DNA of 64,000 nucleotides from Arcobacteraceae bacterium (lineage in GTDB: Bacteria > Campylobacterota > Campylobacteria > Campylobacterales > Arcobacteraceae), in contig JBLWVX010000001.1 in the NCBI GenBank assembly GCA_048268245.1, forward strand, positions 128,001 through 192,000. The letters run 5' to 3'. Numbering within the stretch: position 1 is the first letter of the stretch; every line of letters starts with the position of its first letter. A program made the position numbers and the translations under genes. This document shows, piece after piece, positions 1 through 10,648 of the stretch. The notes beneath the pieces were generated by a model that saw only the letters and a list, made by a program, of their open reading frames with translations, had not been told where the DNA came from and ran no database searches.

Positions 1-2
1 AA

Positions 3-374
3 AAATATAATGATACTTATGGACATCAAAAAGGAGATGAAGCTTTAAAAAAAGTGGCAAAAGCTTTAAAAAGTTCATGTAAAAGAGGTGGAGATTATTC
101 TTTTAGACTAGGAGGAGAAGAATTTGGTGTTTTATTTATAAGTGAAAATACCCAAGGTTCAGAAACCTTTGCAAATAATTTTTTAAAAGAAGTTGAAACA
201 TTAAATATAGAGCATAAAGAAAGTTTAGTATCAAAAAATATCACTGTCTCAATTGGCTTAGTTACGAAACAAGCTAATACACTTAAAAATGAAGACGAAT
301 TATACAAACTAGCTGATGATGCTTTATATGAAGCAAAAGAAAATGGAAAGAATCAAGTAGTAGTAAAAGAGTAA
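3..374 (+). CDS. GGDEF diguanylate cyclase domain protein, 3' part (truncated by window start)
   Basis: Frame is open from position 3: KYNDTYGHQKGDEAL...FRLGGEEF...TVSIG...ADDALYEAKENGKN, all canonical GGDEF motifs. Confidence 0.93.
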   Translation, partial: KYNDTYGHQKGDEALKKVAKALKSSCKRGGDYSFRLGGEEFGVLFISENTQGSETFANNFLKEVETLNIEHKESLVSKNITVSIGLVTKQANTLKNEDELYKLADDALYEAKENGKNQVVVKE

Positions 375-384
375 ACTCTTATTA

Positions 385-1623
385 CTACTTATTTAAATGT
401 CCAGATAAATATCCACTAGAAAAAGACCATTGAAGGTTATATCCTCCACATGGTCCATCTAAATCCATAACTTCACCACAAAAATATAAACCTTCAACTA
501 TTTTACTTTGCATAGTATTTGGATTTATCTCTTTTAGGCTCACGCCACCTCTTGTAATCATAGCTTTTTTAAAACCAACTGAGTCTGTAACTGTAAATGG
601 TGTATTTGCAACAATCTTTACTAAATCATTTCTTGTTTGTCCATCTTGATCTTTGAACTTTTTATCAAGATTTGCACCAACTTGTATACATAATTCTTTA
701 GATACAGAAAGAGGAAGCAAAGAACCTAAAAGCTCAACCACATTTGCATCAGGTTTTAAAGAAGCCTGCTTTTTTAAGTGCTGAAAAATCTCATCTTCAC
801 TTTTACCTTTAACCATATTTATTAAAAGTGGAACTTCTTTATATTTTTCAAGTAAAGGAGTAATTTCCCTTGAAAAATCTAAAATTACTGGTCCTCTTAA
901 ACCTTTTGATGTAAAAATTAAATCTCCTACAGCTTTTAACTTTTTAGCTTTTTTTAAATCAATTCGCACAATTGCTTTTGCAATAGTATCAGCTGTACAG
1001 TTTGCTACCCAAGTCTCTTTTGTATATACAGGAAGCATTGCCGGATATAAATCAGTTACTTTATGTCCTACTTCCTTTGCAAACTCATAACCATCACCAT
1101 TAGCTCCAAGCATAGGAAAACCAAGTCCTCCTGTTGCAACTATTACATGTGGTGATTCAAAGTTTCCTTTTTGAGTTTGAACTCCTGTGATTTTTGTGTT
1201 ATCACATAAAAGTCTATCTACTTTACAATCACATAAAACTTCTATTTCTAATCTTTCTAACTCTTTTTGTAAAGCATTTATAATTGTAGATGAGTTGTGA
1301 GTAACAGGAAAAATTCTAAATCCATCTTTTGTATCTGTTTGAACTCCTATACTTGAAAAAAACTCTCTTAAATCATTTTTATCAAGCATATTAATAGCTG
1401 TCATCATAAACTTACCATTTTTTCCAAAAGAGTTCATGAAATCCTCTTTACTTAAAGTATTAGTAAGGTTACATTTTCCTCCACCAGTTGCTTTTAGTTT
1501 TGCTCCAAGTGAACTTAGCTTTTCTAAAAGTAAAACATCAAATCCTAATTTTTTTGCAGTTATTGCTGCAATCATTCCAGCTCCGCCAGAACCAACTACT
1601 ATTACATCATATTGTTTTTTCAT
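385..1623 (-). CDS. HI0933/BaiN-family NAD(P)/FAD-dependent oxidoreductase
   Basis: VVGSGGAG FAD-binding motif, GGGKCNLTN, VATGG, ITRGGV, GEVMDLDGPCGGYNLQWSFSSG. Confidence 0.92.
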   Translation of the reverse strand: MKKQYDVIVVGSGGAGMIAAITAKKLGFDVLLLEKLSSLGAKLKATGGGKCNLTNTLSKEDFMNSFGKNGKFMMTAINMLDKNDLREFFSSIGVQTDTKDGFRIFPVTHNSSTIINALQKELERLEIEVLCDCKVDRLLCDNTKITGVQTQKGNFESPHVIVATGGLGFPMLGANGDGYEFAKEVGHKVTDLYPAMLPVYTKETWVANCTADTIAKAIVRIDLKKAKKLKAVGDLIFTSKGLRGPVILDFSREITPLLEKYKEVPLLINMVKGKSEDEIFQHLKKQASLKPDANVVELLGSLLPLSVSKELCIQVGANLDKKFKDQDGQTRNDLVKIVANTPFTVTDSVGFKKAMITRGGVSLKEINPNTMQSKIVEGLYFCGEVMDLDGPCGGYNLQWSFSSGYLSGHLNK

Positions 1624-1671
1624 GGCGTAATCATAACCAAAGATTGTTGAAAAGTTTGATATACTTTCATC

Positions 1672-2679
1672 ATGAAAATTAGAGTTGGAACATTTAACCT
1701 ATTCCAGTTTGTAGAACCCCCTTACAGCTGGTATGAAAAAAAAGATAAATTTACACAAGAACAATGGATTGAAAAAAAAGCTTGGATAAAAGAACAAATC
1801 ACCCTAATGAACTGTGATGTTATTGGCTTTCAAGAAGTATTTTCCCAAGAAGCTTTAAAAGACTTATGTAAAGAGTTAGGGTTTGAATACTTTGTAACAG
1901 TTGACACACCAAAAGTTCATGAAAAAAATGAATTAATTTATGTAAGTACTACAGTTGCCCTTGCTTCAAAACACCCAATATCAAATATCAAAACTGTAAA
2001 AAAACATACTCCAAGTTTAAAAAAACATCACTTTAAAAGTGATTTTAAATTTGCTAGAACTCCTATAAAAGCTGATATTACACTTCCAAATGAACAAGAT
2101 ATTACAATATATGTTTGTCATTTAAAATCAAATAGAGAAAATGAATTTGAATATATTTTTAAAGAAGAGCATACTTTAGAACAAAAAAATGAGCAGGTTC
2201 AAAAAGCTTTAAAACAAAATTTTAGTAAATCTTTAAAACAAAGACTTTGTGAAGCTTCATCACTATTTTTTGATATGAAAAAATTAAAAGATAAACCTTA
2301 TATTTTAGTTTGTGATTTAAATGATAGATTACACTCTATTACTATAGATGCTCTATCAAACAATAAATACCATGATGAAAATAGAAAAGAAACACTTATC
2401 TTAAAAGATGCATATTATGAACATGAAAGGAAAATATATAATCCTCACCCTGAACAAAAAGAGATAAAAAGAGAAGCTACAAGCTATTTTGTTGGAAAAG
2501 GAAATGTTTTAGATTTTATTTTTATAAGTAATGCTTTTAGTAAAAAAAATAAAAATTCCATTGCAAATGTAGAAAACTATGAAATATTTAATAAACATAT
2601 TGAAGAAAACCATGATGGCTCAATATTAAAAAGCGACCATGCTCAAGTAGTTTGTCAATTAAATTTCAAAAAAAATTGA
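1672..2679 (+). CDS. Endonuclease/exonuclease/phosphatase (EEP) family protein
   Basis: GTFNL, DVIGFQEV, HLKS, CDLND, LDFIFIS and C-terminal SDHA motifs. Confidence 0.88.
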   Translation: MKIRVGTFNLFQFVEPPYSWYEKKDKFTQEQWIEKKAWIKEQITLMNCDVIGFQEVFSQEALKDLCKELGFEYFVTVDTPKVHEKNELIYVSTTVALASKHPISNIKTVKKHTPSLKKHHFKSDFKFARTPIKADITLPNEQDITIYVCHLKSNRENEFEYIFKEEHTLEQKNEQVQKALKQNFSKSLKQRLCEASSLFFDMKKLKDKPYILVCDLNDRLHSITIDALSNNKYHDENRKETLILKDAYYEHERKIYNPHPEQKEIKREATSYFVGKGNVLDFIFISNAFSKKNKNSIANVENYEIFNKHIEENHDGSILKSDHAQVVCQLNFKKN

Positions 2680-2731
2680 CATTTATATAAAAATACACTT
2701 TTTATACATGAATTCTCATTATAATACTTTA

Positions 2732-2845
2732 AGAAATAAATTAAACCCATTAATTTATTTCTAGAGTAGGCAGTAGTATTTGCTTCCTTAAAACTCCTCC
2801 TTATTCAAAAAAGAGAAAAGTTTTGTGCTTACTTTTCTCTTTTTT
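2732..2845 (+). ncRNA. Candidate intergenic small RNA with anti-SD motif
   Basis: TATAAT at 2720-2725, 5' hairpin 2732-2762, CTCCTCCTT at 2794-2802, terminator hairpin plus T-tract 2807-2845; no ORF. Confidence 0.5.
2807..2845. terminator. Bidirectional intrinsic terminator between convergent EEP gene/sRNA and mfd
   Basis: AAAAAAGAGAAAAGT-loop-ACTTTTCTCTTTTTT inverted repeat. Confidence 0.8.
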
Positions 2846-2903
2846 CATTAACTAACAATTTTTTCCTATTAAAACATACAAACATAACATATTATATATT
2901 TTC

Positions 2904-5891
2904 TTACTTTCGTAAATACTTTAAAGTAGTTGCTATGATATCATCATCGTCTTTTGATGGAGATTTTATAGTCTCTTTTGAATCATCATCTTTTACAAAT
3001 ATTATATTCATTTCATAAGATGAAATAGTTTTAATTTTCTTAGATAAACTTAATATCTTTATCATAATAAGCTCTAAAAACTGTTTTGTAGGAAGGTCTG
3101 GTTTACCAAATCTATCTTCCATTTCTTCTTCAATTGCATAAACTGCTTCTTTATCATGACATTTAGAAAGTCTTCTATAAAGCTCTAACCTTACTCTATC
3201 TTCTGTAATATACTCATCTGATAAGTAAGCGGAAATAGCAAGTTTTATATCAACTGTTTTATTTTCTTCTTTTGTTTCACCACTTAAACTAGCAAGAGCT
3301 TCTTCTAACATCTTAAGATATAAGCCATACCCTATTTGCTTGATATGACCACTTTGAGCTTCACCTATGATATTTCCACCACCTCTTATTTCTAAGTCTT
3401 GATGAGCAAGAGCTGTACCACTTCCTAAATATGAGTTTGATTCTAAAGCAACAAGTCTTTTTACTGCATCATTTGTGATTTGTTTTTTATCTTCAACCAC
3501 ATAATAACAGAAACCTTCCTTATCACTTCTACCAACTCTTCCTCTTAACTGATGTAAATCAGCAATACCGAATCTATCAGCTCCATCAATAATAATAGAG
3601 TTTGCATTTGGTAAATGAAGACCTGATTCCACAATAGATGTAGCAAGTAAAATATCAAACTCTTTGTTTTCAAAAGCATCAATAATCTTTTCAGCTTGTG
3701 CAGGTTTTATCTTAGAGTGAATAACTTCAACTTTGATATTTGGAATAATCTCTTCAATATCACCTTTTTTAGCTTCAATTGAAGCAATGTTATTATGAAC
3801 ATAGAAAAGCTGTCCACCTCTTCTTTTTTCTCTTAAGATTATCTCTTTTATAAGCTTATCACTGTACTCTTTTACATAAGTTCTAACCCCTAATCTCTCA
3901 CTTGGAGGAGTAAGTAAAGCACTCATACCTTTAAGTTTTGATAAGGCAAGATTTAAAGTTCTTGGAATTGGAGTAGCACTCATTGAGAAAATATGAACAT
4001 CTTCTCTTAAAGCTTTTAATTTCTCTTTTTGTTTTACACCAAATTTATGCTCTTCATCAATAACAACTAAAGCTAAATCATTTGTTTTAACACCAAGTAA
4101 TGAGTGAGTTCCCACAACTAGTTTAATCTCACCTGACTCAAGTCCTTTTTTGATATGATTTTTTTCTTTAGTTGTAGTTTTCCCATCCAACTTAGCCATA
4201 GCAAAACCATACTGCTCAAATCTTTTTTTCATTCCATGGAAATGTTGTGTAGCAAGTAGTGTTGTAGGACAGACAAATAATGCTTGTTTTCCATCTAAGA
4301 TAACGGCTAAAAGTGCATTCATTGCAACTTCTGTTTTACCAAAACCAACATCACCTGACAAAAGTCTATCCATAACTCTACCACTGCTTAAATCAGTAAA
4401 AATATCTCTCACTGCTTTAGCTTGATCTTTTGTATATTCAAAGCCTGCATTTTTTTGGAAATCAAGTAAAGCTTGTTTATCAGTATTTATTTTAACACCA
4501 TTTATAAGCTCTCTTGCAGCTGCAATTTTGATAATATCATTTGCAATTGCAAATAGTTTGTCTTTTACTTTATCTTTAAGTTTAGCAAAACTTCCTTTTC
4601 CAAGCTTATCAACAGTTGCATAAGAGCTTCCATCAGCTATATATCTATCAATTAAATCAATATTTTCAACAGGAATTAAAAGCTTATCATCCCCTGCATA
4701 CATAACAATAACAAAGTCTCGTTTAGCTCCCATAACTGTAACAGGCTCTATACCTTTGTATTGACCAATACCGTGTTTTTCATGAACAACAAAATCATTT
4801 TCCTGAAGTTCATCAAGTACAAGTTTTACTCTTTTCTTTCTTCTTGTTTTTATCTCTTTGTTTAAAGATATAATAATTTCATCATCACCAATAATATTTA
4901 AGATATATGGTTCAATAATATAGTTAATATTTGTATCACTAAGTTCTAAATCAAAAGCTTTTACTTTAGCTTCTGATGAAGAGATAATATTCACTTTTTT
5001 ATCTTTATGAAAAGAGATAAACTCTTTTATATTTGCAGGAGCTATTTCTTGGTATGTTTTTGCTTTATAGATTTGAGGGGTTGCTAAAAACTTGTCTTTA
5101 TTTAATCTTTTTTCTTCAAATACATAAACTTCATCTAACTCTTCTAAAGCTTCTTGTGTGATGAAGCTATTCATATTTTGAGGTAGATACTCACCTAAAT
5201 CATTTAAATACCAAAAACCTAGTGAGTGAATATCTTTTACAAAAGTATCAGATTCTACACTTTGAACTTGTTCATTTATTCCCTCAAAAGTCTCTTCATC
5301 AAGGGCTAAAAAAGCAGGTGTGATTGTAAAGTTTTCAATCTCTTCTTTAAAAGATTTTTGATCTTCAATATCAAACTTTCTTATACTTTCAACTTCATCA
5401 TCGAAAAAAGAGACTCTATATCCAAACTCACTTCCTAAAGGACAAATATCTAAAATATCACCTCTTATAGAAACTTCTGCTTCTGAAGTTACAATATCTA
5501 CAAAATAGTAACCCCAATTGTAAAGTTTTGATTTTAATTCTTCAAGATTTATAGTGTCAGCAAAAGCTATTTCATAGTTATCAAAACATTTTGCTTTTGG
5601 CATAGCATATGATATAGTTCTAATGGGGGAGATTAAAATTTTGTTTTGTTTTTTGTAGTTATAAAAACCATTTAAAGCTCTTGTAATATCTTGTAACTCT
5701 TCACTAAATGAAAGTAAGTCATCTCCAAAATTAGCTCTAAAATCAGATAAGACAAAAGGAGTAAATCCTAAGTAAGAGACAATATCATTTGCTATTTGAG
5801 CTTGTTTATCATCATTTACAATTAAAAGTTCACACTCTTTTAATCTTTTTTCATCTTTTAAATTTTTTAAGAATTCGTAAATACTTTTCAC
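2904..5891 (-). CDS. mfd: Transcription-repair coupling factor (short Campylobacterota type)
   Basis: CarD/TRCF domain (VVHEKHGIGQY), GDVGFGKT, DEEHKFG, SATPIPRTL, QLRGRVGR, DLEIRGGGN; GTG start. Confidence 0.97.
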   Translation of the reverse strand: MKSIYEFLKNLKDEKRLKECELLIVNDDKQAQIANDIVSYLGFTPFVLSDFRANFGDDLLSFSEELQDITRALNGFYNYKKQNKILISPIRTISYAMPKAKCFDNYEIAFADTINLEELKSKLYNWGYYFVDIVTSEAEVSIRGDILDICPLGSEFGYRVSFFDDEVESIRKFDIEDQKSFKEEIENFTITPAFLALDEETFEGINEQVQSVESDTFVKDIHSLGFWYLNDLGEYLPQNMNSFITQEALEELDEVYVFEEKRLNKDKFLATPQIYKAKTYQEIAPANIKEFISFHKDKKVNIISSSEAKVKAFDLELSDTNINYIIEPYILNIIGDDEIIISLNKEIKTRRKKRVKLVLDELQENDFVVHEKHGIGQYKGIEPVTVMGAKRDFVIVMYAGDDKLLIPVENIDLIDRYIADGSSYATVDKLGKGSFAKLKDKVKDKLFAIANDIIKIAAARELINGVKINTDKQALLDFQKNAGFEYTKDQAKAVRDIFTDLSSGRVMDRLLSGDVGFGKTEVAMNALLAVILDGKQALFVCPTTLLATQHFHGMKKRFEQYGFAMAKLDGKTTTKEKNHIKKGLESGEIKLVVGTHSLLGVKTNDLALVVIDEEHKFGVKQKEKLKALREDVHIFSMSATPIPRTLNLALSKLKGMSALLTPPSERLGVRTYVKEYSDKLIKEIILREKRRGGQLFYVHNNIASIEAKKGDIEEIIPNIKVEVIHSKIKPAQAEKIIDAFENKEFDILLATSIVESGLHLPNANSIIIDGADRFGIADLHQLRGRVGRSDKEGFCYYVVEDKKQITNDAVKRLVALESNSYLGSGTALAHQDLEIRGGGNIIGEAQSGHIKQIGYGLYLKMLEEALASLSGETKEENKTVDIKLAISAYLSDEYITEDRVRLELYRRLSKCHDKEAVYAIEEEMEDRFGKPDLPTKQFLELIMIKILSLSKKIKTISSYEMNIIFVKDDDSKETIKSPSKDDDDIIATTLKYLRK

Positions 5892-6202
5892 TATTTTTCT
5901 TCTTTTAACTCTTCAAAAAAACCAGTTTCTTTATCAAAATAGTGGGGTGGATAAGGTGTTTCATTTAATAAAAATACTAAATTTGCATTTTCAAAACCTG
6001 CTTTTTGAAGACCTTCTTTAAAAATCTCTAAAATAAAAGCTTTTGTTGTAACTAATGTTGTAGTAGAAAATGAAGTATAAACATGTTTTTCACCTTCAAC
6101 TGCTTTAAAACTCTTTCTTTTTAAGAACTTTTCTAACTTCTCTTCATCTTGAAGTCCACCAACATCAAGTAAAACTAATACATCAATTTGCTCTTGAGCC
6201 AT
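5891..6202 (-). CDS. Hypothetical protein, translationally coupled to mfd
   Basis: 103-aa ORF with AAGGAAA RBS; stop overlaps the mfd start. Confidence 0.75.
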   Translation of the reverse strand: MAQEQIDVLVLLDVGGLQDEEKLEKFLKRKSFKAVEGEKHVYTSFSTTTLVTTKAFILEIFKEGLQKAGFENANLVFLLNETPYPPHYFDKETGFFEELKEEK

Positions 6203-6347
6203 AAATTTTCCTTTTTGCTTTTTCTTAGTGCGTATTGTATTTAAAATATCATTAATTTGGAATTTTAAAGAATTTATTAAAAAATAATCTTCTATCTATG
6301 TAGTACCTACTATTTTAGTTATAATATAATTTTAAGGAGTAATAAAT

Positions 6348-7607
6348 ATGAAACGTAGGGATTTTATAAAAAAAAGTGCAACTGCTACTACAGCTATATT
6401 AGGTTTTCCTGCAATTTTAAGTGCAAAAAACAAATATCCAACAATAAAAGTATTAGGTACTCATGTTACTTTACAAGAACAAATAAGATTAAGAGCGCAA
6501 AAAGAATTAAAAATTAATATTGAGTTTTTTCCAGGAGGAAGTGCTGAGGTTCTAACAAAAGCTATTGCTGATCCAAGTTCATTTGATTTATATGAACAGT
6601 GGTCAAATAGTACAAGACTTCTTTGGAATTCAGGAAGTATTCAAGCTATAGATACAAAAAAGTTAACCTATTGGAATGAAATAAATAGTTTAGCTAAAAC
6701 AGGTAAAATCACTCCTTCTTCTACTATTGCACCAGGTGATTCTCCAAATAAGATTTTATATATTCAAAATGATAAAACTTTAGGTTCAACTCCTAGTGAA
6801 CAAATCTCTTTTATGCCCTATGTACATAATGTAGATTCATTTGGCTATAACTCAAATATCATTAAACAAGGTACTCCTTACGAAAGTGAGAGTTGGGGAT
6901 GGTTGCTTGATAAAAAGTATAATGGAAAAGTAGCTATTGTAAATGAACCATCTATTGGATTATTTGACTTAATACTAGCTACAAAGGCTCAAGGTTTAGT
7001 TGATTATAAAGATATAGGAAATCTTACTATTAAAGAAATTGACGCTTTATTTGATGTATTATTTGAATATAAAAAAGAAAATCATTTTAGAGGTTTTTGG
7101 AATTCTGTACCTCACTCTATTGAACTTATGAAAAATAACGAAGTGAATATACAAAGTATGTTCTCTCCAGGGGTTAGTGCTTTAAATGAAATGGGTATTC
7201 CATGTATTTATGCAGCACCTAAAGAAGGATTTAGAGCTTGGTATGGAGTTATGTGTTTATCATCTGAATCAAAAGGAGAAAAACAAGAAGCTGCTTATTC
7301 TTACATGAATTGGTGGTTATCTGGGTGGCCTGGTGCTTTTATAGCAAGACAAGGTTATTACATTTCAAACCCCCAACGATCAAAACCATTAATGAGTCAA
7401 GAAGAATGGAACTATTGGTACAAAGGGGAAAAAGCAAAAACTCATTTATATGGAACTAATGGAAAAATATCAGTGAAAAAAGGTATGCAAAGAAGTGGAG
7501 GATCTTACATAAATAGATTTAATAATATTGCCGTTTGGAATACAGTAATGCCTAACTTTGATTACACTTTATACAAATGGAATAAACTTGTTAGAAGAGC
7601 ATACTAG
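6348..7607 (+). CDS. Tat-exported PotD/PotF-like extracellular solute-binding protein
   Basis: MKRRDFIKK twin-arginine signal; ESWGWLLD, APKEGFRAW and AAYSYMNWWL typical of this SBP class; AAGGAG RBS. Confidence 0.8.
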   Translation: MKRRDFIKKSATATTAILGFPAILSAKNKYPTIKVLGTHVTLQEQIRLRAQKELKINIEFFPGGSAEVLTKAIADPSSFDLYEQWSNSTRLLWNSGSIQAIDTKKLTYWNEINSLAKTGKITPSSTIAPGDSPNKILYIQNDKTLGSTPSEQISFMPYVHNVDSFGYNSNIIKQGTPYESESWGWLLDKKYNGKVAIVNEPSIGLFDLILATKAQGLVDYKDIGNLTIKEIDALFDVLFEYKKENHFRGFWNSVPHSIELMKNNEVNIQSMFSPGVSALNEMGIPCIYAAPKEGFRAWYGVMCLSSESKGEKQEAAYSYMNWWLSGWPGAFIARQGYYISNPQRSKPLMSQEEWNYWYKGEKAKTHLYGTNGKISVKKGMQRSGGSYINRFNNIAVWNTVMPNFDYTLYKWNKLVRRAY

Positions 7608-7619
7608 ATAGGATAAAAT

Positions 7620-9500
7620 ATGATATTTAAAAATATAAAATTTCAATACAAAATCTATATAATTACCTTTATATTAATAATATTTTTTATCTTTATAACT
7701 TATATTTCAAATTTAAATAATAAACATATATTTGAAAATTTAGAAAACTTAAAAAATACTAATTATTCACTACAATCAACTTTGATTTTATTATCTGATG
7801 TTGAACATTTACAAAGGTTAATAATAGAATACACAATGTCCTCAGATAAAGGTTTAATTGAGCCAATAGAAAAATATTTTGATAAAGTTTCAAATCATTC
7901 TATACCAAATATTTCTAAAAACAATAATTTCTCTTATATCTATAAAAAGCTTTTAGATAATATAAAACAGTATAAGAAAAATTATGAGATAGCTAAAAAA
8001 CAAATACCTTTAAATTTCACTTTAAGAGAAAACTTAAGAAATAATAGTAAAAAACTAGAAAATCAACTTGAACAAATTTATAAATTTACGGAGAAAAAAG
8101 ACTCATTAATAAAAGTAATTTTAATAAGAAAAACTTCTTTAGAAATAGAACGTTCTGTTATAAGATATTTAGAAACAGATAATAGAGTACATATAAAATT
8201 TATGAAAAATAATTTTAGTATTATAGAAAATAACTTTAAGTTGTTAGAAAAATCAATCAAAATTGATAAAAAGATAATTAATCAAATATCTAATACAATT
8301 AAAGAATTCAAAAAAAATGTAAATCAAACAATTGAACATTATAGAACATATTCAATGCTTACAAAAGTAGTAATACCAGGAGATGTTTATGAGATTTATT
8401 TTTATGCAGAAAAATTAAAAACATTAACTCTTACAAAAATTGATTCTGTTCAAGAAATGATTAAATACTATTCAGAATTGAATAAGAAATTTAATTTTTA
8501 TGGAAGTATAATTTATATATCATTAGTTATATTAAGCTTTATTCTTATTATTCGTATGTTACAAAAGCCTTTAGAAGATCTTACAATAATGTTTCAAAAA
8601 CTTTCTAAAGGGGAGGATGATGTATCTATTCCTGCTTATACTTATGATGATAATATAGGTAAATTAATCCAATCAGCTGATATGTATAAACAAAGAAATA
8701 AAGAGACTAAAGAACTTTTAAAACAAACTCAAGATTACAAAAATAATCTTGAAATAAAAGTAGAAAATGAAATAAATATAAGAAGAGAACAAGAAAAAGT
8801 TTTATTACACCAAGCTAAACTAGCTTCAATGGGTGAAATGATAGGTGCAATAGCACATCAATGGAGACAACCTTTAAATGAATTAAGTATACGTATTCAA
8901 AAAATTAAATATACTTATGCAAAAGGTAAAATAGATGATGAATATATTCAAGAGTTTATTTATAAAAATAAAAAAACGATAGATTTTATGAGTAAAACTA
9001 TCGATGATTTTAGAAACTTTTTTAGAATTGATAAAGAAAAAATACAATTCAAAGTGAAAAAAGCCATTGAAGATATTATAGAAATTCAAACATCTCAACT
9101 CAAAAACTATAATATCAAAGTAGAAATTTTAGGACAAGAGTTAGTAATAAATGGATTTAAAAGAGAATTTCAACAAGTAATTGTAAATCTTCTTAGTAAT
9201 TCAAAAGATTCATTTATATCAAAACAAATCAAAGAACCTGTAATTAAAATTATCATTGATAAAAATAAAATTCTTTTCCAAGATAATGCAGGAGGTTTTT
9301 CAGAAGATATTATAGAAAGAGTTTTTGAACCTTACTTTACTACAAAAGAACAAGGTGAAGGAACTGGAATTGGTTTATATATGTGTAAGATGATTATAGA
9401 AGATAACATGAATGGAAAAATATCTGCATCAAATGAAAATGATGGTGCAGTAATTATGATTGAATTTAATAAAGAGGAAGTTAAAAATGCAACAAATTAA
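7620..9500 (+). CDS. Membrane sensor histidine kinase (periplasmic helical domain, HAMP, HisKA, HATPase)
   Basis: Two TM segments; H-box LASMGEMIGAIAHQWRQPL; DNAGG, FEPYFTTK, GTGIGL. Confidence 0.92.
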   Translation: MIFKNIKFQYKIYIITFILIIFFIFITYISNLNNKHIFENLENLKNTNYSLQSTLILLSDVEHLQRLIIEYTMSSDKGLIEPIEKYFDKVSNHSIPNISKNNNFSYIYKKLLDNIKQYKKNYEIAKKQIPLNFTLRENLRNNSKKLENQLEQIYKFTEKKDSLIKVILIRKTSLEIERSVIRYLETDNRVHIKFMKNNFSIIENNFKLLEKSIKIDKKIINQISNTIKEFKKNVNQTIEHYRTYSMLTKVVIPGDVYEIYFYAEKLKTLTLTKIDSVQEMIKYYSELNKKFNFYGSIIYISLVILSFILIIRMLQKPLEDLTIMFQKLSKGEDDVSIPAYTYDDNIGKLIQSADMYKQRNKETKELLKQTQDYKNNLEIKVENEINIRREQEKVLLHQAKLASMGEMIGAIAHQWRQPLNELSIRIQKIKYTYAKGKIDDEYIQEFIYKNKKTIDFMSKTIDDFRNFFRIDKEKIQFKVKKAIEDIIEIQTSQLKNYNIKVEILGQELVINGFKREFQQVIVNLLSNSKDSFISKQIKEPVIKIIIDKNKILFQDNAGGFSEDIIERVFEPYFTTKEQGEGTGIGLYMCKMIIEDNMNGKISASNENDGAVIMIEFNKEEVKNATN

Positions 9501-10626
9501 CTCTATATTATATGTAGAAGATGAAAAAAATGTACAAGAGGAATTAGCAGAAGTATTAGAATTTTACTGTAAAAATCTATATTTTGCAGATGATGGGAAA
9601 CAAGGATTAAAACAGTTTATACAATACAAGCCTGACATTATTATAACTGACATTAAAATGCCAATTATGGATGGAATTGAAATGTCTAAGGAAATAAAAG
9701 AGATAAATAAAGAGCAACATATTATATTCACAACTGCTTTTAGTGATATAGATTTTTTTCAAGAAGCAATTGAACTACAAGTTGATGGATATATAATAAA
9801 ACCTATTGATTTAACTCTATTAGAAAATAAAATCGAAAGTGTTATAAAAAATATAAAGTTAAAAGAAGAATTGTTTGAAAAAGAACAAATGTTATTACAA
9901 ACTTCAAAACTAGCTTCAATGGGAGAAATGATTGGTAATATTGCTCACCAATGGAAACAACCTTTATCAATAATTTCTACTTGTGCAAGTAGTCTAATAA
10001 TAGAACATGACCTTGACCAAATAAATAAAGAAAGTGTTCTTGCACGTTCTGAAAATATAATGTCTCAAACAGAGTATTTAAATAATACAATTAATGACTT
10101 TACAAATTTTTTTAAACCCAATGAACATAATAATAACTATAATGTAAAAAAGTTTTTAGATAAATGTATAGATTTAGTTCATAGTTCTTTTGAAGCAAAT
10201 ACTATTGAAACAATGAAAAAAGTAGATGATAGAATCAATTCTTATGGAGATCCAAGCCAATTAACACAAGCAATAATTAATATTTTAAATAATGCAAAAG
10301 ATGCTCTAAAAGCAGCTGAAAAACTACAAAAAAAACTTGTCTTTATAGTTACAGCAAAAGAAGATAATCATAACAATATTGAATTAATTATTAAAGATAA
10401 TGCAGGTGGTATTCCTGAAAATATAATAGAAAATGTATTTAATCCTTATTTTACTACAAAATCAAAAGATGAAGGTACAGGATTAGGTTTATATATTACT
10501 AAAACTATTATTACTAAAAAACTTAAAGGCAATATAAAAGTAGAAAATGAAGTATTTGACTTTGAAGGTATAACATACAAGGGTGCAAAATTTACTATAA
10601 CACTACCACTTGCTGTTCATAATTAG
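9487..10626 (+). CDS. Hybrid receiver-histidine kinase (REC-HisKA-HATPase)
   Basis: ILYVEDE, IITDIKMP, KP receiver motifs; AHQWKQPL H-box; GTGLGL; ATG at 9487 overlaps the upstream kinase. Confidence 0.92.
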   Translation: MQQINSILYVEDEKNVQEELAEVLEFYCKNLYFADDGKQGLKQFIQYKPDIIITDIKMPIMDGIEMSKEIKEINKEQHIIFTTAFSDIDFFQEAIELQVDGYIIKPIDLTLLENKIESVIKNIKLKEELFEKEQMLLQTSKLASMGEMIGNIAHQWKQPLSIISTCASSLIIEHDLDQINKESVLARSENIMSQTEYLNNTINDFTNFFKPNEHNNNYNVKKFLDKCIDLVHSSFEANTIETMKKVDDRINSYGDPSQLTQAIINILNNAKDALKAAEKLQKKLVFIVTAKEDNHNNIELIIKDNAGGIPENIIENVFNPYFTTKSKDEGTGLGLYITKTIITKKLKGNIKVENEVFDFEGITYKGAKFTITLPLAVHN

Positions 10627-10648
10627 CAAGTGGTATAAAATAGTATTT

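Noticed and set aside
2677..2699. TTGACA at 2677 as the -35 of the sRNA promoter
   Set aside because: Spacing to TACACT (11 bp) or to TATAAT at 2720 (37 bp) is incompatible with sigma70 geometry
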